Shown here: in pieces, positions 36,859 through 50,158 of the stretch
How the letters are laid out: every line of letters starts with the position of its first letter
Numbering within the stretch: the first letter of the stretch is position 1
Source of the DNA: Moniliella sp. 'wahieum'
Taxonomy: Eukaryota
DNA: 64,000 bases
NCBI GenBank assembly: GCA_003971905.1
Contig: RSEE01000140.1
Location: 1 to 64,000, forward strand
Direction of reading: 5' to 3'
Notes under the pieces: model-generated
Seen by the model: only the letters and a program-made list of their open reading frames with translations
Database searches by the model: none
Told to the model about the DNA's origin: nothing
Made by a program: the position numbers and the translations under genes

Positions 36859-38319
36859 ATGAGCGCCGACCAAGTTGCCGCCAAGCTCGCCGACGCCTCC
36901 CTCGCCGCCCCACGCCGTCCCCGGCCTGGAAGGGGACGCCGTCAAGGTCGACGCGCCCCATGCCCAGCGCGTCACCCCGTGGGAGGTCGAAGGCGCCGTG
37001 GTGGAGGCAAGCCGCAGGCTGTGACTACGACAAGCTCATCAAGGAGTTTGGCACCCGCCCATCACCCCCGAACTTCTCCAGCGCTTTGAGGCTGTGACTG
37101 GCTGGCGTCCCCACCCGCTCCTGCGCCGCGGCACCTTCTTCTCCCACCGCGAGCTGGACCAAATCCTGACGCGCTTCGAGCAGGGCAAGCCCTTCTATCT
37201 CTACACGGGCCGCGGGCCCTCGAGCACCTCGATGCATCTCGGCACCTGATCCCTTTATGTTCACCAAGTGGCTCCAGGATGTATTTGCCTGCCCGCTGGT
37301 TATCCAGCTGACCGACGACGAAAAGTTCCTCTTCAAGCCCAAGCTCAAGCTCGACCAAGTCCGCCAGTTTGCGTTTGAGAATGCGCGCGACATCATTGCC
37401 TGTGGCTTTGATCTGAGCAAGACGTTCATTTTCAACGACTTTGACCATGTTGGGTAGGTCCTCTGTCTCGCAGCCAGAAATTATCACTAACACCTTTCTT
37501 TTCCTTTCCGTTCCTTTTCTTTTCTGTTATCTTGCCTAGCGGCGCCTTTTACCACAATGTCGTGCGCATCGCCCGCACCATCACCGCCAACCAGGCGAAA
37601 GGCACGTTTGGATTTACCGACTCGGACAACATTGGCAAGTTCCATTTTGTTTCCATCCAGGCCGCCCCTTCTTTCTCCAACTCCTTCCCCCAGATCTTTG
37701 GGGAAGACCATACGGTGCCATGCTTGATTCCGTGCGCGATTGACCAAGACCCTTACTTCCGTCAAACGCGGGATGCGGCGACGAAGCTCAAATACCCCAA
37801 GCCCTCCCTGGTTCACTCCAAGTTCTTCCCTGCGCTCCAGGGCCCGCAGACGAAGATGTCGGCCTCGGACGAGCTGAGCTCGATCTACATGCACGAGACG
37901 GCCAACCAGATCAAAAACAAAATCAACAAGCATGGCTTTTCCGGAGGCCAAGAGACGTTGGAAGAGCAGCGTCGGTTGGGGGGCAACCCGGACGTGGACG
38001 TGTCGTACCAGTACATGTTGTTCTTCGTGGACGATGATGCTGCAATGGAGAAGCTCGCGGCCGAGTACCGTTCTGGCCAACTCTTGACGGGCGAACTGAA
38101 GAAACTGGCCATTGCCACGTTGCAGCACGTTGCACGTTCCAGGAGCGCAAGAAGAACGTGTCGGACGAGTTGGTCAAGCAGTTTATGGATGCAACGAGGA
38201 AGATTGACCCGACGCCAGTTCCTCCCAAGACGACGGTGCACAAACAACAAGATCTTGGATTTGTCCTTCCCACCCTTCCAGAGTTGGCCCCGGCCAAGCC
38301 CAAGGCCCCCAAGGCGTAG
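36859..38319 (+). CDS. WRS1: Cytoplasmic tryptophanyl-tRNA synthetase (intron about 37454-37539)
   Basis: [56 protein letters not shown]. Confidence 0.96.
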
Positions 38320-38418
38320 CGGGATGTAATTCCAATCTGTGCCTGCCTCTGTCTCTCTCTCTCTTTTTCTCTCTGGGACTTTGTGTGGATTGCAGGATAG
38401 GGAAAGACGTACGGTTGA

Positions 38419-40523
38419 CTAGCACGTGTCCTTCAGCCGGTTCTTAGGCCACGGGAACTGGGTCTGGGGAAAGTAGTGTGGTTGGGATTCAGGTACAGGT
38501 CCAGGTGCTGAACCGTCCGTCTAGTTAGTATTTCTGCCCAAAGGAAGTCCAGAAGCGGACAGAAGCGGGTGGGATGGGAGCAAGACGTACGTTGTCAATG
38601 TACTGTTTGGTTGGATGGTCCGGTGGATCACAACTGACCCGCATCTCGCCCTCCTGTTGGTAGAGCCGGACCGAGTCCACTTGAAGCACAGCCGGGAACT
38701 TGATTTCGTTCCAGTAGACGCCCTGGAAGCCGGACGAGAGGCCCAAGTTCATCACGATGGACATGGGCTCGGTAGGCACGATGCGCTGAGAAATGTTGGT
38801 GTATTGGTTGGGCCCCATGGCCGAGCTCGGAGCCGACCAAGATCGTTTGCCGTCCAGGTACCATGTAATGCGACCGTTCCCGTCCTTGGTATAGTCGGGC
38901 TCAATCTCCACCCCAAAAGAGACAAAGCGGGACCCGGGGGCTTGGATGTAGGCTTCGGCTGGGATCTGCTGCGTTCCACTGATCGCTTCTTGGTACACCG
39001 AGCCGGTGTAGCTGTTGCGTTTGCCACCGTTGAAAAATTGCGCCTGATCAAAGCCCCAGGTATAGTTGGCATCGTACGGTCCCACCTGATTGATGATGGT
39101 GCATGCGCGTCAGTCCTCGCTACCTTTTCGAGCGCATAGTGACACCACAGCATATACGCAAGCATGCGCGCGTTAAAACGGACTCTCCACGCACCTGTAA
39201 ACTTTGGGAAGCCATACCGATCTTCTGGGCATTCTGAGCTTCTACCAGATCAATCTCGGGGGCAGAGCGACCAACGTTACGTCGGGGCCTGGATGTTCCT
39301 CCCCGGGACAGGTACAGGAAGAAACCCGTTGGCCAGGCAGGAAGGAGAGCTTGTAGTCATCCTGGTACGAGTAGGTGCCATGAGCGTGGATGGTCTGCTC
39401 GGGCGCAGTACCCTCGGGTTGGTCTGGTTGGGCAAGGTGCCCCAGTCGCACGCTTGGTACGAGTATCTGCATATAGATATCCGTGTTGGGTTTGGAAATC
39501 GTCAGTGTTCTTTCTTTTTGGACGTGGTATGGGGTGCAGCAGGACCCAAAACCAAGGTGGAGCGGGGGGTGGGGGGGGGGGATGATAGAGGGTTACGTAC
39601 GGCCACATTCCATCGGTCGAACCGAGGTAGCCCGGTCTACCTAGATTGCCCATCGTCCACAGCCCAGGCCAGAAGCCGCGCTGCTCCTGGGTGCCTGGGA
39701 GCTTGACGTTCATCTCCAGGTACCGCCTTGGAAGCAGAACTTGTTCCAGCTCTGAAGCATGCCCGATTGGAAGTTGAGGTTATGGTTGGGTTTCTGGACC
39801 ATGGTGAGCTGGAGCGCACCGCCAGTCGTGTTGACAGCCTCGGGCATACCATTCGTAGTCGTTGTAGCGCCATAGTAAATATCCACCGCTTCCCAAAATG
39901 GGTCGTCGCCCGGCCAAAACGTCCGTCCCTCCTTTTCAAACTCGTCGGAAAAGACGAGCTTCATCGTCTGTCCCGTTGCCTGGGACGTCCAGGTGTGCGC
40001 GTTGGCGGGCGTATCGGGGTCGATGAGCGAGGGCAAGGGCAAGTCAGCCACTTGGCCTGTACTGTTGAGGTGCTGTAGGTTGGGCCCGTGAGGACGGAGC
40101 GCGGTGAGGATGGGGTAGCCAGCAAAGAGCATCAACAGGCTGAGCAACAGAAGGCCCGTTGCCAAAACGTTGAGTATGCCGCGCGTGTCCGCTACGGAAC
40201 TCTGGATGTCCTTGTGGGGGTCGTGGAGGTCATCGTCGTCTTCGGGCAGGGAGCTGAAGAGGGCTACCGTCGGCTGCGAGGAAGCGGTGTACTTGTCCAC
40301 ACTCGAATGGGCATCGTGGGAGCTTGAGGTGGGAACGTAGGGGCCTGCATGGTGCGCTATACACAGCCAGTGGTGTCAACAGGAGAGGGGGGGGATACGG
40401 TTGTATATATAACCAGGTCTGTAGCAAACTGGGCGCAAGAGAGGAGGGACTAGGGCGGACGAGCGAGAGAGGCGACAGCGCACACATGTCTGGGCGATGC
40501 ATTCCCAAATAGGATGTGGCCAT
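38419..40523 (-). CDS. KRE6: KRE6/SKN1-family GH16 beta-1,6-glucan synthesis protein (several introns)
   Basis: Transmembrane segment, LIDPDTP, VFSDEF, FWPGDDPFWEAVD, SGMLQSWNKFCF, WTMGNLGRPGY, APEIDLVE, YQEAISG, CDPPDHPT, WPKNRL. Confidence 0.92.
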
Positions 40524-41395
40524 CGGCCGAAGGCGGTGGGCAGGATGGATGGATGACATGGATGGCGTGCATGACGGGGCGAGCGAGGCAGAGGGGCGCG
40601 GTGGCTGGGATGTGGCTCTCAGTCAGCCACCCAAACTCGGGGCAGCAGAGGCAGGCCAGCATCCGCCGCCCACTCGTCGAAGGCATCTCAGCAGGGAGAC
40701 GGGGACAGAGCGCCTGCGCATGTGTGCCTTGGCAGCGCGAGGCGGGGACCCAGCGAGGGAGCCAGCGCTTGGCCAGCGCCAGCAGCAGCGCATCCCTCCG
40801 GCCGAAGGGGGGAGGGGGATGGTGGGCAGGCTAAGCGCTAAGCGCTTGAACATTGAACATTGCAGGTGGCGCGGCGGGGATTGTTTTTCGCTGGTGAGAT
40901 TCTGAATTCGGCACGGATGGCAAGCTTCGCGCCCAGGCCGCCGAGGGTGGCAACGTGTCGCGGGGCACGGGGGGTGGTCAGTGCGTACTGCGCAGTGCGT
41001 GCTAGTGCGTGCTCGTGCCTGCCCTGGCCGCTCTTGTCTGTCGGGCGTCGGAGGCGGTGGGTGGCGACGCAGGCGTCACGCGTCGCCGGGCTGCCCTGGG
41101 TGCCGCCCCACCCAGCCCGCCCCCAAGCCCCGAACGGCTGTCTCTGCCACGCCACCCCCCGCCCGAAACAACTCGCCCCGTGGGGAAGCCATCTTCCCGC
41201 GGCGTATTCTCCAACGTCTCTTCTCTGCGTTTGCACCGCCCCATCCGCACCACGCGCGCTGCGCTTCTCCCGGTCTTGCCCGATCGCCTGCTCCGTTATA
41301 TACTCAGTACTGGCCTCCGCCTTCTTCCTCTTTCTTCTGCCTGTCCATCTTCTCTTCCTCCCCATCACCCCCCCACCCCCCACCCCCCACCCACT

Positions 41396-43165
41396 ATGGC
41401 TTATTACATGGTGTTGACGTTGGCACCGGCAGTGCCCGTGCCGCTGTGCTCGACGCCACTGGCCGCGTCTTCGGCGAGAGCACCAGGAAACCATCACCTA
41501 CCGTTGCCCTGACGACGCCACATCTTTGCACAGAGCCCTCAACATTTGGACCTGCATTTCCCGCGCCGTCAAGGAGGAGCACTTGCGCTCGCCAAGCTCG
41601 ACCCGGCCAGATCAAAGGCGTGGGCTTTGACGCCACCTGTTCGCTCGCCGTCGAGCGCAAACGGCCACGCCCAAGCATCACCCCCGCCGCCGGCTTTGGT
41701 CTGGGTGAGCGCAACGTCATCCTGTGGGCCGACCACCGGGCCGAGCAAGAGGCCAAACGATTAACGGCACAGGAAATCTGGTGCTGGACTATGTCGGAAA
41801 AACCATGTCGCTCGAGATGGAGATTCCCAAGGTGCTCTGGCTCAAGAAACACATGCCGGCCGATGTGTTTGCCCAATGCGAGTTTTACGATTTGCCCGAT
41901 TGGCTCACGTACAAGGCCACCGGCAGCAAGGCGCGCAGCAACTGCTCCTTGGTGTGCAAATGCTCCTACGTCCCCCCCGGCGTTGCTGGCAGCACCCTGG
42001 GCTGGCAGCCTTCCTTTTTCTCCAGATCGGACTGCAAGAGCTGGTCGACACGCAATTCCGCCAGCTTGGCGGGATCCCCGGCAGGCGGGCTCGTGCTCAC
42101 GGCCGGTCAGCCTGTCGGCCACGGTCTCACCGCCCAAGCCGCGTCGGACCTCGGTCTGCTCCCGGGTACACCCGTTGGCTCGGCGGTGATTGATGCGTAT
42201 GCCGGGGGGTCGGGACGGTAGCGGCGAGTGCGACGAATGCCAAAGCGGGTCACAACACGACGGTCGATCTGGCTCACTCGGGCCACCGACTGGCCGCGAT
42301 CGCAGGTACGTCGACGTGTTACTGTGTTCAAAGTCAAGATGGGATCCTCGTCCCAGGCGTTTGGGGACCGTACAAGAACGCCATCTTCCCCGACTTGTGG
42401 ATGAATGAGGGGGTCAGTCGTCAACTGGCCAACTCATCGATTTCGTCCTCAACACCCACCCGGCCATTGCCACAGTCAAGGAGGCTGCCAAGGAAAAGGG
42501 CCAAAACCTATTTGTCTATCTTGACGCGTACCTTCACCAACTCCAAGCGGAGGCCAAGGTCCCTTCCCTCTCGCACCTCACCAAGGACCTGATGATCTAC
42601 CCCGACTTTCATGGAAACCGCTCGCCTCTGGCTGACACGGCGATGCGCGGGATGATCGTTGGTCAGCGGCTGGATGCAGGCGTGAAAGACTTGGCACTCA
42701 AGTACTTTGCCACGCTCGAGGGCATCGCACTCCAAATGAGGCAGATTATTGGCGAGATGAACAAGGCGGGTCATTCCATTCGTGAGATCTACATGTCAGG
42801 CGGGCAATGCAAGAACAAGACGTTTATGCAGCTCATTGCCGATATCTGCAATGTACCTGTGCATTTGCCACCTTCAGCGGGGGGTGCTGTTGTTGCCGGC
42901 TCTGCCATCCTGGGCAAGTTTGCCGCCGACCAAGTGGCCAGCAAGGTGACCATTGCCTCCCAAGCGGATGCGCAAGCCGCTGCGGGCCAGTGGAGGGAGC
43001 ACCTATGGAACCTTATGCGGGACATGACCCCAAGGCGAGTTCCTCTACCCGCAGCTTGACCTGCACGGGGCCAAGCTTCTCCAGGCCAAGTTTGATGTCT
43101 TTATCGATATGATTGCGAGCCAGCGCAAGTGGCGCTCTACAATCTCGCAAGCGGCTACCCAGTAA
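41396..43165 (+). CDS. FGGY-family pentulose (D-ribulose) kinase
   Basis: GVDVGTGSARA, GVGFDATCSL, ILWADHRA, MSLEMEIPK, FYDLPDWL, IDAYAG, AIAGTSTC, PDFHGNRSPLAD. Confidence 0.92.
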
Positions 43166-43218
43166 AGCTATCGCCGACCCTGACAAATGCACCAAGGTAA
43201 GAACAGGAACATGAATCA

Positions 43219-44218
43219 TTATTTGATGAAGCGCTGTAGAGTAGATGGGATGTGTTAGTTCCTTTGACGTCGCACGTAAAGAAGAGAGAAGAGGAGTACG
43301 CACGTAGAGGAATTTCTTGTGGAACTCGGTGCCTACAAGAAGGGGGAGAGGTAGTCAGTATCCGCCCACCCACTGGCGTTCAGCCGAAAGAAAGAAAGAA
43401 GAAAAGAACGTACGCGTCATGTCGTTGATGTAGCTGCTCTTGTCCCGCTTGTCCACCCCGGCGGCCTGGTTCTTGAAAATGACATCTGCTGCACGTTAGC
43501 TTTCCTGTGGTCTTGCACGCCACCCACCAAAACGTAGTAGTAGTAGGACGTACCATCATCCCACCTGCGCTTGACCCCAAATCCGCCCGCCCCCACAGCC
43601 TGCTCCAAATTCAACAACGGATTGCCCCGTGCAATCTCCTCCCGCTCGCTCTCCGCTTGGGCCGCTGCGTCCCGTTCGAGGCGCGCTTTCTCCTCGCACG
43701 CTCCTTCTTGATCTTCTCCAACTCGGCCAATAACGCCGCCGTATCATCTTCGTCTTCCTCCTCGTCTTCCTCTCGTCCGACTCGGACTCGGACTCGGACT
43801 CGGATCCAGAAGCCGAGTCGGACGCTGCGTCAGAAGCGCGTGCCTTGCCCTTGCCCTTATCCTTGCCCGTAGCCTGGTCGGGCTGGGACGCTTCCTCCTC
43901 GTCTTCGCTCTCCGCGTCCGCCTGGAGAGCAGCTTGAATCAACCTCCTGCGCTTGGCCTCAGGTTCGTCATCAGCCTGATCGGTTTCCGGCTCAGGCTCA
44001 GGCTCGGGAGCCAAGCCCTTGTCAAGACGGCGCTGGTTGCGGGCGGTGCGCTCGGCGCGCTCCAGCTCCCGCTTCAAGTCGCTGCGGTCGTGCGGGGCCG
44101 TGTCGCGGCGGAGCTTGAGAACAGTATGGGCAGCGAGTGTCTGTGGGTTAACGCGGCTTCCAAACACGGCTTCGCCGCCGCGCGCGGGGTCCCACGTAGG
44201 CCGATGGGCAGATGACAT
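43219..44218 (-). CDS. CWC15: Pre-mRNA splicing factor Cwc15 (three short 3' introns)
   Basis: MSSAHRPTWDPARG, DDTAALLAELEKIKKER, GNPLL, VKRRWDD-DVIFKNQA, YINDMT, EFHKKFL, RFIK*. Confidence 0.93.
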
Positions 44219-44478
44219 GGGTGGTGGTCAACGTTCAACCAAGCTCCGTGGTGTGTTGGCCCGCCGCCGTGAAGGGGCGATGGGGGCAGGGACAGCCGCT
44301 GCTCTTGGCGGCCAGGCGGACAGATTGAAACATTGCCGCAGAACCGCTGGTTGCTGTCGAGCCGAGTCAGACTTCCGCCGCCTGCTGTTCCGCCCCGCCG
44401 AGGCACGTATAGCGTCAAGCGCGGGGTGGCTAATTGTGGCCAGTGGCCAGCGCCGTAATCCCCCGCCCGCATCCCACC

Positions 44479-45364
44479 ATGGCCGACCACGGCCCCTCTG
44501 GCCTGCCGCTCGACAGCTCCTACCGCCTCGTCCCTTCCTTCCGTCGTGCGCGCCACATTCTGCTGCGCCTTCTGCCGCCTCCTCGCCAGCGGCCGAGGAA
44601 AGCTCCGGGTCCGAGTGGGAGTACTCGGAGGACGAGGAGCTGGTCACGCTCGACCTCGGGCGGTGGGGACAAGAGCATAGCGATCCTGCTGGTCATGTGG
44701 GTGCGGGTGCAGGGGAGTCGAGTCAGTGTGCGGTGACTGGCTTGCACACCGCCACCCCCTGGCTGCAGCGGGGCGAGGTAGTGTACCAGGGCCAGTGGAC
44801 GCGGTTGCTCGGGACTGAGATTCTACTGGAGTGTACACGTGGTGCGTAGGGCGTCTTGCCGTGCCGCCCTGGATGCCGCCTTGGTATACTGACTGTGTGT
44901 GCTTGGTTGTCTTGACCCTAGGTATGGATGGCCGTCCCAGTATGCGACCTTTTGCTCAACGTCGCGCTACGACCGGGGAACCTTCGACGACGCGGTCTCG
45001 CATTCTCTTCACGCCCACTGTCCCGGTAGGAGAGACAGTGCCAGCTTCGGAGCCGAAGCCTGTTTTTCCGCATCTGCGTGGCCAGGGCGGTCGGATCGGG
45101 CCGACGACCGACGCGTCGGCAGGACGTAAGCCTCGCATGGACGGGCGCACCTATGCCCAGGACTGGATGGCCAAGGTGGAAAATGCGCTGGAAAGGCGAG
45201 AGGTGCTGTACAGCCGTGGTGAGTTGCCGTCCAATGGCAAGATGCGCATGAGTCAGTCTGAGCTAGCCAGGCGACGCTTACGCTCCCAGCCGGCCGAGCA
45301 GGACCGCCAGTCGGAGCACGAAGAACGGCCCGATCCCAAAGAGCGGTCTGCACCCGATGCGTAA
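44479..45364 (+). CDS. TFIIIC subunit 6 (GTF3C6/Sfc7)-like domain protein
   Basis: EDEELVTLDL ... VTGLHTATPWLQRGEVVYQGQWTRLLGTEILL resembles the TFIIIC_sub6 domain; probable intron about 44842-44922. Confidence 0.7.
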
Positions 45365-48300
45365 TGGGCCATGCATCAACTGTGGACCGTGTGTGGCAGG
45401 GCATACCAGATTCTGCCCTGTCCCAAGAACCGCGGGAAGAACTCTATTGGCTCAGCTCGCGGGGGGGGGGGGAGCAGATGGGGGGAAATGAGCGTGGTGG
45501 TGGGCCCTGCAATAGTAAGTCTGGAATCTCTTTCCGGCCTTCGTGCCAACGTTACGATCACCAATTTCCTTCTTCGGCTGCCAAACCACGCCCCATTCCC
45601 GCTGCTGGAAGCCATCGGGCTCAAGTCGCGCCTCCCTGGTCGCTCCTGAAGCTGGATCCAGGTTCGTGGCTACTATGGCTGCCGCTGACTGTTACCAGCC
45701 GCGGTACTGTCCCCATCTTACCTCCCGTTCTTGTGGGTATGAGTGGGGAAATGGTGAATTAGGAGGGTGAACACTCCCTGTTAACGCCCAGTGTCCTGAA
45801 CGAGGCATGCGACCGGCTGAGCCCCCCTCTCCGTCACCCGGCATTTTGGAGAGTACCAGATATGTTAACCATGTTGTGCATGTTGGCTACCATTTGAGCT
45901 CAAACTGAGTACCACGCCCCCTGATTGTAAGAGACTTGCGGAGGGGGGGTCGAGTGAATGAGCGATGAACGATGAGCACACTCTCTGGCGAGTCTACGCC
46001 CGATCTACTCCACCAGCCTGGACGAAGGTAGGATGTGGCAATGTCTGTTAGTGATTTGGTTTTGGAGCACAGCCGCGGCTTGACGGTCAGCTTTCGGCCT
46101 ACCTCAAGGAGCGCCCATGCCCCATCTACATTGTGACCTGACAGGATCAGACGCGGAGGTGCAACTCGAGTCGTGGAGCCTAGTTCAACAGTGCATCCGG
46201 CGATAGTACTCGATTTTTATTGGCCTGCTACAGTCCCCTGAACGTAACCCCATTGCACCTACCGGTCGCCTCCCACTCTGTACCCTTCCCACCTCTATCG
46301 GTCGATACTATCATTCGTCCGCCATTGCGACCGAGATGGCTTGATGGTGCACTTGCGTGTGCGCGTATTGCTTTGTGGCTGGAAGATGCGGGCAGCGTGT
46401 TTCCCTCATGTGCCAATGCCAACAAAAGAGTGTGTTTCTTCACCCCATTTTGATCTCTGCAACCACTTCTTTCTGCATTACGGTATCCAAAAAGACCACA
46501 TCTCTACCCAGAAGCATACCGACGATATAGAGAGCATCGCAATGCCTGTGGTCGACCTCACTTGGGCGTCAGCCGCATGAGGCCGCACACCTGTGCTCCT
46601 CACATAATTTCGGTGGCTCAGGGCCCTCTTCTTGCACGCAGCATGGACGAAGATGTCGGCGAAGATATCGTTCGCAGTGGAGCCCTTCAGCCGCCAACCT
46701 GTGGTGTCTTTTTGCTTCCACCACCACCCTCGACTCAACACACTCCTCCCTCTCTCTGCCACCCACATGTATACGCCCTGTTGTGGGTGGTTAAAACGTT
46801 GTTTGGCTACTGTGAATGCAAACCACGAACGAATAATCCTATGCGCCATGCCACAAACGCTCGACCAGCTTGAACCGTTCTTTGGGGGGGTTCGTCTCGC
46901 CACCGGTACTCCTCAAGGAGGGAAGGACGAGGTGCGGTAAACCAGCTCCCGGCCCCGTGCGAGGGAGGTGGTGAGTGAATAACCGTGATGCAGTGATGCT
47001 AGTGATGCAACATGCAATGGGCAAGGCAGAACATGTTGTGCCCATGCGAAGCGTGTGATGCATGATGCAAGTGACATGTGATATGAGCCAATTTCCCCCT
47101 CCCTGTAACATGTAACCGGATGCGGGTGACGTCATCATCCCCCCGCTAATGTAGGCTGCGAGAAGTCACTAATCTAAAACACTCCAAGAGATGCGATGGA
47201 ATTTTCACACGCCATCGGTTATTGGCGCCACAGGACTTCTGGTTGGGTTCATAACGCGCAACGTACGTACGTTGTCGACCTGAGAACCAACCGGCCACCA
47301 ACCCCAGCCCACCTTGTTTTCTTAGCTTCCCGCGTCGCACCGTCCACGTCAAGCGTCACGGAGTCACGAGCGTCACGCGTCATCGCGCCACGCGTCATCC
47401 ATCAGCCATCCTCATGTTGTCCTCTCTCTCTCTGCCCCCCACTGCTCTGGAGGTCCAGGGAGGCTGGATCCATCATGCATCCTATTCATCCATGACGTCA
47501 CCGACCATCGATGCCCTCCCCCCTCCTCCAATAAGCTCCACCCCAGCATCCACACACTGGAATTCCACACCTGTCGAACTTCTGATAAGGCTGGGGTTGC
47601 CGTTTGCCACCCAGTACCCATTTCCAAGGGCCAGCGTGGGCCGTGCTGAGCGATGACACAGATGGTGGCGGCAGCGCACAGCGCAACACCCCATACTGCA
47701 TGAAGCATGAGATCTGAGATGCATCGGGGCTGGCCACTCGCAGGCCTAGGCCCTCCTATAGGTCTGCCCTACGATAGACTTCCAAGGCCCACGTAGTTTG
47801 TGGTGGCCTAGCGTGTGGAGAGGGTGCCGGTGAGGGAAATGGGGAAAGCTTTGTCCCGGCCCGTGGGGGCAGCAGACCCTACCCGATCGCGTTTCCAGAG
47901 CTTGTGGAAGCGCTAAGGCTGGAGAGTACTCCCACAGTATTCGGACTGAGTGCCCTTCCAGGCCACTGCACCATCCATGATATTGCCACCTGGCGCCTGT
48001 CCCAGCGGGCTCTGCCTGAGCGCTCACATGCTCACAGTGATGGCCCAGCGCCCAGCCCCACGGTATTTTTGCGTTGTAACATTAGCATGTCAACCAAATG
48101 GATCGATCGTTCCAGTTACTGCGGTTATCGAGTTATCGGTTACCATTGCCCACAAAGTTGATTACAACACTCGGTGAGCGCGGGCGCGGCAGCCGAGAGG
48201 TCTGGCCAACCGAATCGGAGCGTAGCGCTGCGCGACGGACGCCAGGAGCTTCTCTGAGCGCTGCGCTTACTGGCGCCCACAGCGGCAGTGGCAGCCATCT

Positions 48301-48999
48301 GTGTGCATGGACCACACGCCACGGAGGCAACATGGCCTGAGCCTGAGCCTGGCGGGTTGCTGCCCACGCTGGACCACAATCTCTCTCCCAAGCCGACCCG
48401 GACGGGTTGGTACTTGAGTACTCGAGTGGCCTGCCCCGTACCCACCCGCGACCGGCATGGGAAGACCAGCGGGGGCACCCGGGTGGTGCCGGAGCCGTAG
48501 CCGGGGCAGCCCGGACACGGGCCGGGGCAGCGGCAGCGGGTGGGACGAGGCAGCAGGGCTGGGCTGCCGCTGGCTGCCCCCCTGCCTGCTCTGACGACCG
48601 GGGAGAGTAGGGTTGGGTGTGGAGTGTTGAATACGAGTGGGTCCCCAGTGCGAGTGCCCGGTGCCCCGAGCGCCTCAGCTGCGTCAGCGCGATTGGCGCT
48701 GGCCGGACGTTGGCTGGGTCCGATCGGGTGGCACGACCGGTCACCGATCACCCGTCATCCGAGCCTGGCCGCACGGGGGCAGTCGTCCCCCCGGCCGCCC
48801 GGCTGATTGTCTGGGGCCCCGCGGCCAGGCCAGCGCCTTTCGTGTGCGACTGCGTGGCTACTGATAGCGGCGGGGGTATATTACCGCCATGCCTTCCCCC
48901 CCCTCCTTGGCGTGTATCCACCCCCCTCTCTCCCTTATCGCCCTTGGTCCCAAGCTCTTCTGCCCCCGCACGCCCCTCTGTCTTCCCATCGTGATCCCA

Positions 49000-49229
49000 A
49001 TGCCTTACATCAACGTTGCTGTTGCTCCTGCCCCGTCGGAGGTGAAGGTGTGGGTGCCGTCGCAAGCGTGGCCGAGCAAGCTTTGACGGCGACCCAGAGC
49101 GGAACCAAGCGTCCTTCCATCTCGGCGCCCTCGCCTTCTGACCTCGGTGCTTCGGACGACGATGAGGCGTTCGTCTTTGATGACCGTGCGGCGTACAACC
49201 GTTTCCTGCTCAAGGTGCGGTCGGCCTAA
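49000..49229 (+). CDS. Small hypothetical protein (about 76 aa)
   Basis: TATATTA at 48877, CT-rich leader, MPYINVAVAPAPSEVK (one indel) ...SDDDEAFVFDDRAAYNRFLLKVRSA*. Confidence 0.5.
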
Positions 49230-50158
49230 CGCGTACCGTCTGGACCACGTACCTGTGCACGATGGATTGATTCCTCGCTTGCTCGCCCTGTTCGCGTTTC
49301 CTCGCTTGCCCCGCTTGGCTCGGGTCTCGGTCTCGGTGTCGGTCTCTTGCAATTATCATCTTGGGAGGCCGCCGAATCTCCTTCTTCGTCCCCTTGTTTT
49401 GAGCCTTGTGTTCGGTTCCCGTGTTCTGCCAAGTTGTTTCTCCTGCCGCCCCCCCCCTTCCTTCCCCCGGATGTACAAGTACATGTTGCTGGGGTGGGCG
49501 TGCCAAGATCGTGTTCTCGCGCATAATACGTTTGTGTGAAGCGTTGCCCTTGTCCTTGCTCCCCTTGTTTCTGCTCTGCTTGGGGTTGCTTCCCTATGCC
49601 TTCATCTCAATTTATCTCGGAATCGCATTGTTTGTGCAGTGGACTGGTGGGATAGTCTCTTCCATAGTAGTCTCTTGAAAGGATGCAGTGGTGTAAGTGC
49701 AGTGCCATCTATCGCATGGCATCGCATTGCAATGGCAATCGCATGGCCGGGTATGGTATGCCATGGTAGGATACGATCTCACGGCACAGCGCACTCTGAC
49801 GCCCTACCTCCCACCTTGTTATGCGCCAGCGAATCTACGGACTACGCACATGAGCGCTGAGCAGACCAAAGGCAGCCAGGGGGCAAAAAATAAGTAAAAC
49901 TAGCCAGTGGTTGGCAGAGGGAACGAAGGAAAGAATTAAGGAAGGTGGGATTAGGACCGCGACAGGCGGCAGAAGGAACGAGAGGGACAAGGGAAGTATG
50001 TGGGTAAGTACGGGTATGATGAACACGTGCAACGAACAAAAAGAGAGTAGCGGGTCTGTGCGGAGAAGGGGTGGGAAAAGGCCGGGGAAACGCGCCGGGA
50101 CCAGGACAGGGACAATGACAGGGACAGGGAAGGAACGGTAACAGAGCACATCCGCATG

